From assembly GCA_964036045.1 (NCBI GenBank), contig OZ038378.1, positions 171,368,001 to 171,432,000 of the forward strand: a stretch of DNA of 64,000 bases, given 5' to 3'. The position numbers and the translations under genes were made by a program. The notes under the pieces are model-generated. The model made no database searches and was not told the DNA's origin. It saw nothing but the letters and a program-made list of their open reading frames with translations. This document shows positions 25,892-36,782 of the stretch, piece by piece (the first letter of the stretch is position 1; each line of letters starts with the position of its first letter). This stretch comes from Eutreptiella sp. 'Long Island Sound 2002' (lineage: Eukaryota > Protista > Euglenida).

Positions 25892-26246
25892 TTGGAATCA
25901 GCAAAACAAGGTCTGAGAACCTGTCTCTGGACGCCCGGTACATGGCGTGCAAAAGTATCCCACGGGTGACATGCACCAGTAAAAGTAATGTGGCTCGTCC
26001 GACAAACACGGACGACATATAATGCAACACAACTCTATGGCAGCCTCTGATCTGCTCCACCATGTGTCACACGTTGGCATGCATGCACCATGCTTGCAGG
26101 AAAAGTAGTCCAACACGAAGTGTCGGAAATTAGAAGGGATGTACAAAGATCGTGGTTACTGTGTACAGCAACCCACGCAACGTCGATGGTGCAAAAGCGC
26201 AACAGCGGTAAAAATATATAGCACAAAACTTTCTGAGTACCCGTGC

Positions 26247-29189
26247 CTACTTCTTTTTGCCTTTCTTCAACGCGGTGCCCGTGAAGGCGGCTGCATTGAA
26301 GGCCTCCATCGGCGAACGCTTCTTCGCGTTGATCCCGGCTTCCTGCGCAGCAGCGTCGGTCTTTGCTTTCGCTTCTTTTTCTGCGTCCGCCTTCTCCTTC
26401 TTTTTCTTTTCCCTTTCTTCCTTGTCGTGCTTCTTCTTCGCCTCTTTCTCGGCCTTTTCCGTCTCCTTCTTTTTGCGCTCCTTCTCCTTCTCTTCCGCCT
26501 TCTTCTTTTTCATCTCCTCTTTTTCCTCCTTCTTCGACATCTCGCATCGATGCTTCGATGGCTCGGCACTGGTAGCTGCCTTGGAGCCTTCACCTGCAGG
26601 TGCCTCATCGTCCGTGTCGTCATTCAGTTCGGCTTCCTCTGCGGCATCAGCATCTTCAACGTAATCGGTCGGGAAGGCATCGTTGATGTTTATCAGGATG
26701 TTGCGCCACATCATCGCAGGCCTCGTGTCTTCCGTTCGCAATTGCGCCTGGAGATTTGAGCAGCTCTCCGACAGGTCGACCTTGGTTCGCGCATCGCCGA
26801 TCACACCCCAGCACCAACTCAAGCCAACCGGCATCTGACAAAAGATGGCGGCAAGACTTCGGCAGTCCTCCGCGACCCAGTTGACCCATCGCATTGCCTT
26901 CTCCTGCGGCTCATCGTCCCCGGAGTTGCTCATGAGCGTCAACACGTAACCCGCATCCTCCAGCGGCAGCCCGTCGTTACCGGCGCCTGGATGGCAGATG
27001 AATCTCGGTACCTACGCATGAGTGGTGCAGTGTACTCTTCTACTTGGTACGTGCTTCTTTACAACCACACAGTATTGCAGGGGGTTGCGATGGTACAGGG
27101 ATTCGCATGTATTGCAGCCATTCCATACCTGCTGGGATATCCAGCCCGTGTGGATCACCGTCAGGCACATCTCGTCCACGAGGTAGGGGGTCCCCTTCGT
27201 TGCCTTGCCGTAGCAGGTGAGATCCAGGCTCATTAGTGGGGCATCCCCCCCGTGAGTGCTGGTGATGATGTTCTTGAGCGCATACATGTCGCTTCTATGC
27301 CCGTACAACACAAGGGGGATGCCCCTCATCAAGGTGCCTGCAAGAAACTGCGGGAGTCCGGATGACCAATAGCGCGGCACCTCGAATATCGAGAGGTTCA
27401 TTGGCAGAGCGCTGATATCCGCAGGCACGGCGACGCCCGCTGATCCATCGTATAAGAGGAGTTTCCCTTCACAATAGTCGTTTGGGACGTTAACCTGCGC
27501 AACCCCGCCTTCAGCCTTCGATACTTGGGGTATCATGACCGGCTTCGCCAACATCTCGCGGAGGGATACCAGCATCTCCTTGTCGGAGGTCCACAGCTGT
27601 GCTGCTTGCACTGCAGCATACGACGGAAACGGCTCCGACGGGGTCCATTCCCAGCTCTTATGCGGTGTGATGGTTGCAGCAGTCACTGGACGGCAATACT
27701 GTCGTGCCCGTGTCATCTCCAGGTCCGTCTCTGAGAAGCGAAAGAAGGAATGCAATGCACACATCGACAGATCGAGTCGAGCATGGCTGTCAATTTGAAC
27801 TGTGTATGCATGCCGGGAACAGAAGTGGTGTACGCAGTGCGCAAGGGGTACACGCATACTTCTGCTTGGATGGATTCGATGTTGTGACGGATGGTAAAAG
27901 TGCCAGTACCAGAACTGCTGAATGCGCACCGTCTTGATAAACTTCGTGATCCCGGCCACCGTACACTTCGGTGTGGCACAATAGGTGGCCACTTTCTGCA
28001 GATTCTCCGGTATCAGGATCGCACAGTACTTGAATGTGGACATCGTCACCGGGACCTTGCGCTGCAGCAAGCTGTACAGGGATTGCACGAAGGTGGCGCC
28101 GCAGACCTGCACCATTGATGCCAGAGGCCTGAGTTGCTTCGCGACTGCCTCCTGCATGTTGATGCGCACAATGGAAGGCGAGCGACCATGGCTTAGCAGC
28201 AAGGAGCTCGAAGAAGAAGAGAAGCGGTGCACAAATCGGGAACAGTCAAAGGAAGAAAGCATACCGGGGATCCTGATTTGGCAGCAAATCCGCTCTGGAC
28301 AATGGTGTCTTCGAGGATCTCACCAAGGGAACGAGTGAGATCCGGATCTTCGTCAAACAGTGTTTGCATCAGGCGGCAGACCTCGTGGAGATTGTTCATG
28401 CTGCCACTGTGTTGAGCGCGATTATGGATACCCGCCAAACGCCGACGAACTTGTACTGTTGTATTGAAACGGACGATGTCCAGATCGAAATGGGTGACGT
28501 GGTTTGGGGCCGTTTTCATCTGCTCGGCGTACGACTTGGCAATCTCGTCGTTAGCCTCCTTTGCATGCTGTCCTGCAATACACCACGTACTCCCAGCTGC
28601 GAGATACGCGAGGGCACGTTTAGACACAGAAAGCGGGCCACAACTGTACACAAGAACCACACAAACACAACGGCCACACACCTTGATCGTCCCAGCAGAG
28701 AAGTACAAGACGCTCCTTTGGAGGAGCAGCCAGCAAATCGGTCTTCACCTCCTTGACCCGTTCTGGGTCAATGTGTCTTGTCTGCCCCATTGTGCATGTC
28801 CAATCAATCTGCACGGACGACGACGGCACGTTCACTCTCCGTTCCACAATGAACTCACCCAACGCCAACTTCGCCATTCGTGTGCCACAATCCTTCGGAC
28901 GCATCTTCACAGGCAGATTGGCTGCATCCCCAGACTTCTTCTTCTTGTCCTTTACTTTCTTCGGGGAACCTGTCAGCTGCTCCTGCACAGGTCCAGGCTT
29001 CCCAGCATTTGTTGGCTTGTTGTCATCATCGGCGGAATCGGATCCATCGTCAGACTTGTCGTCGCCCTCCGAAGGTTTCGTCTCGGCGTCATTGTCTGCA
29101 TCAGAATTCCCGCTGCAGTCGGAATCTTCCGTCTTCGAGCCCTTGGCTGGCTCATTGTCCGAACTATCATTGTCGTTGTCCTTTGCCAT
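26247..29189 (-). CDS. ~832-aa protein: acidic N-tail, ParB/Srx-like domain, possible degenerate beta-class DNA methyltransferase fold, Lys/Glu-rich C-tail
   Basis: Exons 29189-28682, 28596-28265, 28151-27860, 27730-27129 and 27011-26247 total 2499 nt. All four GT-AG introns (85, 113, 129, 117 nt) are phase-consistent and there are no internal stops; the exon 3 boundaries have alternatives. ParB-like: RHIDPERVKEVKTDL...LVLLCW...WCIAGQH...RRLAGIHNRAQH. Confidence 0.7.
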
Positions 29190-29781
29190 AGAGTACAGGC
29201 ACTGGCAGACCAAGGCAGAAGTGGGAACATAATAAAATATAACAAACGAGACTATTGTACCACAGCACTACACAATCCCGTTTCCCAAAATCATACATCA
29301 ACAGCTAAAGCTAAGCCTGTTGTGGTTCAATAGATGCACTAGCAGCAGGGAACAGCCTTCTATGGAGACAAACGGGTGGCACAAGGTGCGATACAGATGA
29401 TGCAAATCTGTGAAAACGGCCTGAACTATCAGCAAAGAAAAGGACAGGGAGGATAATGACATGTGCGGACGTACACAATTAAACAGAAGTAGTGGGACAC
29501 ACTGAACTCATATGACCAGTGCTCAATGTAACTAATACGTCGCATCGGAGTGGCAATAAGCAACAGAACACAAGGATCGGATTATCATGTTGGGAACTGC
29601 GGTATGTCGTCGCACACCGCATGCACGCACGTTCTAACCCACCCTGTACGACATATGTTTGGTACATTGAAGGGCCACAGGAGGATTCAAACAACAAGTA
29701 GACGGCAGCAGCGGCTGTTTGGCAGGTCTGTGAAAAACCATCCTCGGCAGCGGGTTAAAAACGCGATATTTCACGGAAATA

Positions 29782-29809
29782 AAAATCTCAGCGCATTTGC
29801 GCTGAAAAT
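29782..29809. repeat. Internal copy of the ~30-bp palindrome between the transposase-like ORF and the ParB-like gene
   Basis: aaaatctcagcgcatttgcgctgaaaat; the downstream flank tagctgttatc also follows the 31427 copy. Confidence 0.9.
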
Positions 29810-30128
29810 ATACAATCTAGCTGTTATCGTGTATCAAATCACTGATTTCTGTTCCCGGCTGTAACGTGTGCACGCGCTGCACAGCTGAGGTACCGGTAAC
29901 CGGGGCCCGCAGGATCGCATGTACTGTGTGCATCGCATTTCAGGTCCGACAGCCTGTACCACAAACGGGAAAACATGTTCAACCCGGTGTGCGGTGGTCC
30001 TGACGACCCTAGCGGTCCAGTATTCCATTCAAGCGTCACGAGCGAACAACCGCGAAGCAAAACACGCAAGACACCGGGCCGACAGCACGCTGAAGAGGCG
30101 CAGTAAACGTCGCACAGTACTTCGTAAT

Positions 30129-31056
30129 TTAATCATCGTCCTCGTCGTCGACATCAATCGGATCCGGATCCGGATCAGGATCTAATGGTTCATTGGGGCG
30201 GTGTGCAACTGGTATGCGCAATGCATCTGGCACAGGGCCCTGTATGCTGTTGTGTGTCCCTCACTAATGTGAGTAGCTGCACCAATTCGGCGGACGTGCC
30301 GCATTTCAGCTCAGAGATAAGCATCGGCTGCCAGTGCAAACGCTTGCGACGGTTCCGTGCAATGTCCAGCGGCACACGTATCCATGTTCGTGCAACAGCT
30401 TGTGCGTTCACCGCTGCAATAGCATCTGAAAAACCGGCACATTGCTGCCGGATCCCCTGCGCGGTCGCATCAATGTTCTGCACCAAGTCGTCCAACGTGC
30501 GGTGACCGGTAAAGGGGCGTACGTCGATGATGTGCAGCAGCGCGATGACTGTGACGTTCTTTGAGACATCCGCATAAGTGGGGTGTACGGTAAATTGCGC
30601 GTGGTACCAATTGTCCATCCACATAACTGTTGCACGGTTCTTGATGCTGTCCCACAGACGTGCAGCGGCTCGGTCTGACTGACTACGCATGGACGGCAGG
30701 GTGTGGCGCACAAGCCCGGTAGCTGATAGTTGCCGTCTGTCGCGTCTATTGAGAGAGAGAGAGGTCCGCTCACGTAAGCGCTTTCGAGGCGCAGCGAGAT
30801 GCCGCAGCTGCACGTAAAGATGCCAAATCTGCTTGCAAAACATTTTGTACCAGCGCGGTCTTGGTCGTGCAGCACGGGCGGCACACAGCTGTGTCATCTT
30901 GCGGCGCGTCTTCCGGTTCAACCGCAAGGCAAGGGCCCACTCGACGAAGAGAAAGGTAGGCCCGTTGCTGAGAGCCGATGCAACGATAGCATCGCCGTTG
31001 GGCCACTCATACTCTGTGACCAAATCCGAAGCGCCGGCGGCATTCAGGGAAGGCAT
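30129..31056 (-). pseudogene. Internally deleted DUF6589-like (DDE-type) transposase
   Basis: The 288-aa ORF has VMWMDNW (first acidic motif) and IRVPLD..HWQPMLISELKCGTSAELVQLL..QQHTG. It then jumps into an out-of-frame acidic C-terminus (PVPDALRIP...DPDPDPIDVDDEDDD, stop at 30129-30131). The second acidic motif and the GxWH motif are absent. Confidence 0.5.
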
Positions 31057-31170
31057 AACATTGTCTATTCATTGATAGCAACAAACAAGAAGAGTGCAGG
31101 CATGGGGTACGGCAAGGGATGTCCTTTGCAGATAAAACGAGTGCCTGAAAACCAGTTTTGACCTCGCCGA

Positions 31171-31454
31171 AAAATCTCACCGCATTTGCGCTGAGATCTC
31201 ATAAAAGGGCAATTTTACATGATCATATTACCTGTCATCCGCTGCTGATTGTTTCTTATCTGCCACTAGATTTCCTACAATCAAAATGACAACGTTCATG
31301 AAATCTAAGCGCATTTGCGCTGAGATTTCCTGAACGTTCTACTTATGGTACGCATATTGCTGCACAGTGTCTTCCGATTTCACCTCCCACATACATGCCT
31401 GTGCAACCATTTTTTGCAATTTAAAAAAAATCTCAGCGCATTTGCGCTGAAAAA
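31171..31454. repeat. Three copies of the ~30-bp palindrome (right cluster)
   Basis: Copies at 31171-31198, 31301-31328 and 31427-31454. Confidence 0.9.
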
Positions 31455-32454
31455 TCACTGTTTAGCTGTTATCCCCTATGATATTTCCTTTTTTGGTTTC
31501 TTTAACGCCAGTGCACTACCTTTTCCGTTCCTTTTGTTCCTTTCCCTTCATGTCTACGACGATGGCCTCTATCCTGTCTGTGCATACCACCTCACAGATG
31601 TTCTCTTCCGGACTTATTCATGTTTTCTGCATGTTTCCCCTGCTGGTACCCCTTCTTTGTAATCACATTGTTCCGCGGCTCTCCGTCACATCCCTTCTTC
31701 CCTTCTCCTCTTGCACGTGCACAAGCACCATAACAGCAATTGGCCTTTTACATAGTACAATTTGCTTTCCGTGACAGTCCTTCAGGTTACCCGCAAAAAC
31801 ACCTGTTTTTTTCCCATTGCTCCTTGGCATGCTACAACTCTTTCACTAGTTTGTTTACTTTTATGCCCATTTTCTCTGACAACCACCTCCGTGGTTTTTG
31901 TGTCAAGGTTGCTTTACAGAGGGTCCAATTTGGCGGGTAGTCTCAGCAGTCTAAGAAAGATGGATCCCTCCCCCCCATCCTCACTGGTCAGAACAAGGGG
32001 GGGGGGGGGGTTGGACAAAGGGGGGGGGGGGTAGGACCAGGAAAAATGGGGGCAACCGGGGAAATGTGGGGGGGGGGCACGGGGGGAAAGGGGGGAAGCT
32101 AGGACAATTTGAGGGAATGGGATGACAGAGATTGGTGACAATGGGACTACTTCGTACTACAGCTGGGAAACTTGTCAAAAATCTGTTGGCGCAATTGGTC
32201 CCACCAGAACTTCTCCCAAGATGCAAGGCTTGAATGAGTACAACTTGAATTTCTTCACTTGCTTGGAAAACCACCCCACTGATATCCACTTCCTTTTGGG
32301 GGTGCAGAGCACCTTGGGGGGAATGTTTGCCCCACGTGTGCCTGGCGCGCTACCTTTGCATTAAGTATCCTGGCTAAAACCCCAAGTTTATCCTCACCTC
32401 GGGAAGTCCCCCAAGTAGACCATGCTGGACCGCAAACCTTCCCTGCAAAGCACA

Positions 32455-32550
32455 TGTGGGTGGAATGGCTACATCCTGCCTTCTCGGGTGTTCCCAATAG
32501 AAGGGGACCAAATCAGAAGTGGCTACATCACCCCTGCCATCTTGGGGGCA
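32455..32550 (+). repeat. Degenerate relic of the 85-bp repeat unit
   Basis: ggggaccaaatcagaagtggctacatcacccctgccatcttggggg resembles the 36783 array unit. Confidence 0.65.
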
Positions 32551-32659
32551 GATTGTTTGGTGAGGAGTGGGGGGTGCAAAAACGGGCACAGGTGGGGAAT
32601 GGTCAAAAAAGGATGCCCTGCGCGTGCCCAGCGCGCTAACACTCCCCCTTGAAAGGAAC

Positions 32660-33000
32660 ATACCCCCCCCCCCTTGCACAAGCATGATGAAAGTCAGGAA
32701 AACGACGGTCAGACGGGGTCCCATGCTTAGACAAGCCCGTGCTTGCGTGCGACGCCCGCTGCCAAAATGCTAACCGCCCTCATGTTGGAGAGGTGTCTGA
32801 AGGTTCTGAAAAGGGCTGCAGATTGGGCAAAGGACACAGTCCAAAGGAGCATGATGCTCAAGCTCATGCCCATTTCGCATGTACCTCACATGAAAGAAAT
32901 CATCCCCACGAGTAGAAGGACCAATAATTGTGGCAAGGACATGTTCACTATTGGACTGAATGCACGTGACAGCCACGCCAACAATAGCAAGATTACCCAT
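32660..33000 (-). pseudogene. Second diverged copy of the Tudor/SH3-like ORF start seen at 24650-25000
   Basis: VGVAVTCIQSNSEHVLATIIGPSTRGDDFFHVRYMRNGHELEHHAPLD vs GQPVTYQRYTNNEFVPARVLGRNGHEQEHHAPLE. The DNA flanks also align (ggggtccc..tg.ttggacaagcccgtg). Confidence 0.6.
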
Positions 33001-34359
33001 AGCTAAAAATCACATCAAAACGGCAGCATTGGGTTGCAGTTGCAAGCAGAATAATGGTATGAGCAGGAGGAACTACCAAAAGCGTGATCCAGCCCCCTCA
33101 TCCCTCTACAATCACAGCACAACCGCATCACAGTACATTTCTGACCACAAAAAAACCCTGGCCAGAAAAAAACAGGAAAACGACGCTCAGACGGGTCCCA
33201 TGCTTGGACAAGGCAAGCCCCCAACCACCACTGCCCTATTTCCAACAAAAACCCAGCTTTTTTTGGACATCTGAGCCCATCATTTCCCCAATTCTCTGTA
33301 GAGCATACAAAAATTGCTCAATTCCCCCCATTTGCCCTGAATCCATAACGGTGCAGAAACGGGTACTTCTGAGCCCTGGCCCTCACCACACCCTCCAAGC
33401 AAATGACCACCCAGTCATTTCTACAAAATGCGATTGTTATATTTTCACCTAAAAGCAACCATGGGGTGGAGGGGACTCCAGGACTCAAAATCCATATAGA
33501 GGCTGGGCCTCTGGGGGCGTTTGCGCACAGCGCCAATTATTACATTGTTTATCCCGGGAACACCCCTGAAAACCACCCACCTACAAAAGCGTGCATAATC
33601 CATTCAAAACAGCATCAGGGGTGCAGAATTTAGGTCCCTGGGACCCATGGTTACCAGTGGTGAAAAACAGCCGACTTTTCGCACAGCGCACGGTGCACCC
33701 CCTCTGACTGCACCCTGCTCTGGGATGCCAATTTGTCCTAGCCCTGGCCCTCAGAAAGCAGAAGATGACCACCCAAGAGATCAGAAGAAAAGGATCTTCA
33801 ATGACCTCGCCATGTTGCCAACACAACAACAACCCCCTGGCCCCCCATGACAGCAACCAGGATGTTGCATGGATCTTCTCACCGAGTGTGTCCATCACGG
33901 ACCCGCCCACAACCAAACACCCGCGTGTGGGCAGGAGTGACACATGCCATGCAGAAGCCCTTCACCACCGCAAGAGATAGGCCCTGCACCTGAAAATAGG
34001 CTGAGCTGGGCCGCTTCATTTGCAGTGTTGCACTTTTGTGCAGGGGGGCCGGGATTCTCGGAAATCGGATATCATGCTTAAAACCCCCCCCAGAGCCAAA
34101 TTTAAAAAAGGGGGGGGTTTTGGGGGGGTTTTCGCTGCGCGGGGGTATTGTCCGCGGAAACGGCCCCCCGGCCCCCCAAACCCCCCCCCCCCCAATGAAG
34201 AACATAGTGTCGGGCACCTCCGAACAGTTGGGTATGCGGCCCAGGTGTGATCCGACAATTCGCACCGCCCCTACCAACGTCTATGGTAGGGTTTCATCGG
34301 CTTGGGTATTTCCGGCCGTGGGTACCAGAAACCTCGGGACTGTGGGTCTCCGAGGCGGT

Positions 34360-34490
34360 CATGGGGTTCGAAGTACACCATGGGGTTAGAATTGCAGCAT
34401 GGGGGTTGACCCGCATCAAGGTCCGCCATGGGGTTCGGAATGCATCATGGGGTTAGAAATACACTATGGGGTGGGAAATGCGTCAAGGGG
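34360..34490. repeat. ~19-bp degenerate tandem repeat (catggggtt[a/c]gaa...) downstream of the P-like transposase
   Basis: About 6-7 imperfect units. Confidence 0.75.
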
Positions 34491-34724
34491 AGGGCCTAAA
34501 AGAAGGGGTGTGTGTGTGTGACTATACTGGTCGGCCGACGCAACTCGGGAGGCCCTTAAGGCTATGGCTGGCCAGGCCTCCCTCCCCGCGCCATTGTGTG
34601 GGCCTTCCAGTCCTAGTGTGCATGCAACTACAAGGGAAGGAGAGGGAGAGCGAGGAGGTGTAGGGGGTGGGGGAGGTATCCGTTTGTGACGTGTGTGTGT
34701 GTGTGTGTGTGCATGTAGCTCCGC

Positions 34725-36782
34725 CTACTTCTTCCGCCCTGACGTCTTCACCGTGCAACGCTTCTTCGCATTTTGCTTGGTAGCGGTGATGGGCCGCTTT
34801 GTGCCCTTGCCAGGAACGGCTTTCTTTTGCGGGACAACTTCCACCCCGGAAGAAGAGGTGGAAGAGGAAGAAGATGAGGAAGAAGAGGAGCTATTGCCAT
34901 CCTCGGAAGTTGCGGCACTCTCGTTACCGCTAGACGGATCGTTATCTGCGGACGACCTAGATTCCACAGAGCTTGCATCCTCCTCCGGTTTCCAGTCCCA
35001 ATCGGAGCGTCCAAGAGAGGCTTCAGAGAAGGACGCACTCTCGTTGTCCACCGCCTTTGCCACTTTCAAAGTGATCTTGGGCTTCATCACCATGGGGATT
35101 TTTTTGGCTCGTCCCTTGTTCTTCTCATCGTCTTGCCCGACTACAACCCATTCCGTCAAATCAACGGTGTTGGGTGGCACGGTTGGATGGCACCGAGCCA
35201 AGTGAGTTTTGATGTTCAAAACCCACGGGGTGGCACTGCACCCGGGAATAGGACATTCACGGGGCATGTTTTCTTTTTTGCGTGTGGCCATTGCGAGCTT
35301 CAATGGGACCACACATGGGCATGTGCTACTGATTTTCTTGCCCACAATACTTGTGGTACACGTGCCTGTTGTGCGTCCACAAAAACCACAAGGTTCGGCC
35401 TCACCATGCATCCTTGGGTCCGTTACCACCTCTCCTTTCTGCAAGTGCACTGCCACATGATGACGCATCCTTGCCAAAGCAATGGCCGCTCCACAAAACA
35501 AACAAAATTCTGTTGCTTCTGCGGGCCGCACGCTAGTATGTGTCACACCAGCGTATGGCTCTGCACGCAACTGAGGACAATTGGGTACCTTTGCAGTTTT
35601 CACAAAGGCAAACAGGGTGCCCACTGGAATCAGCCAACGACCATCGGCATCCATTTGGGCATCCAAAAAAACCACATGCCCATTCCGAAACTCACATTCC
35701 GGACCAAACCGCCCCGTCCACCGCAACAAGGTTGGATCACTGGTCATGCTGACAAAAGGCCAAAATTGACCCGTTACGGGGATGGCATGTCCTGTCGCAA
35801 GCGCCTCCTTCGTGGTACCATAAACCCGTGCACCATCAACGGTGCACCATGAAAACCTAAATGTGCCCACGGAACACGTCCGTTGCGAGCCCCATATGAA
35901 GGTCACAAGTGCAAGAAAGATAGCACCCACCGTGACCGCGTCCTCATCAAAATTGCAATTGTCAATGCAAGGCAATGCAACATTGTTTACATTCGTGGGG
36001 GTTTGACCAAACCGGGCGGTTTGTGCCGTGCGCCGCAGCCGATCGGTTGACGCATGTTCAACGTTGCCGTTGAAATACTCATTGACAAGTTGTGCAATAT
36101 GCACGGTGTGTCCATTGGCGCATGTGACATAGGCTTGATTTCGGTCAGAACCATGACAACGCAGCCAGGATTCCAGGGAACAAGCATCGGCAGGATCGCT
36201 ATCCTCCATTCCTTTGGTGTCCGGGGCGGTCCCCAAAAATTCGTCTTCTTTGTCCAAGACAAGGGGTGCACCACATGGTTTCAAAAGGGTTGCACCGCCT
36301 TGGTAAAGAGATTCCAAGACATTGTGCGCAGATGAGCCAATCTGTGGGTGTTCCTCAAGGATGGTTGTGGCACGCGCTGTACCCCTTTCCCAAACCTTTT
36401 TGAGATCAACACTTTGCACACTACAATCCGCAGTGTACTCAAGTGGAGTCAATCGATCAGTGGTGTAGCGCTGATGCCGCTTGCGCCAATCAGGATGTGC
36501 CAAAAAAATGTCTTGAATGTCCAAAACAGCCTGCAGGCGGTCCCGCAGCTGCAGTACATCAAAATTGCGGTTGTGGTTCAGGGTGCGGGTGATGGAAAAC
36601 AAGTTCTCGGCCGGTTGAGACCCCAATTGGCATATGTACAACGATGCCGTTGGGTCACGGACCTGCATGACCTTTACAGTGATGAAGAGGGTCTGAAAAG
36701 TGACTTGCCACCGCAAATACAAGCTTGTAGGTATGAAATCCTTTTGGTATTTATTGAAGGCGTACAACATCAATTGATGGCC
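34725..36782 (-). mobile_element. 5'-truncated P-element/THAP9-like transposase with a C-terminal Cys/His (Zn-finger-like) cluster and an acidic/basic tail
   Basis: About 680 uninterrupted codons. LGSQPAENLFSITRT resembles the P-family QDxLENxFxxIR motif carrying the catalytic Glu. Also STDRLRR and CLFC..RHHVAVH..EPCGFCGR..C..C.C..CPIPGC..W..NIKTHLARCH. The upstream catalytic Asp region is replaced by the 85-bp array. Confidence 0.65.

Larger units (their letters stand above)
25792..31454 (-). mobile_element. Candidate cargo-carrying DNA transposon (~5.7 kb)
   Basis: 25829-25891 is an imperfect inverted copy of 31171-31233. Palindrome clusters lie at both ends. Encloses a transposase-like ORF and a 5-exon cargo gene, both on the minus strand. 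Exact tips and target-site duplication not resolved. Confidence 0.65.

Noticed and set aside
26228-26238. ACTTTCTGAGT, matching the first 11 nt of the Euglena spliced leader as I recall it
   Set aside because: The match stops at 11 nt, has no SL RNA donor or structure, and is antisense to the adjacent gene; compatible with chance.
26139-26759. Leu/Phe-rich membrane-protein-like plus-strand ORF
   Set aside because: Antisense reading of the Lys/Glu-rich tail of the ParB-like gene.
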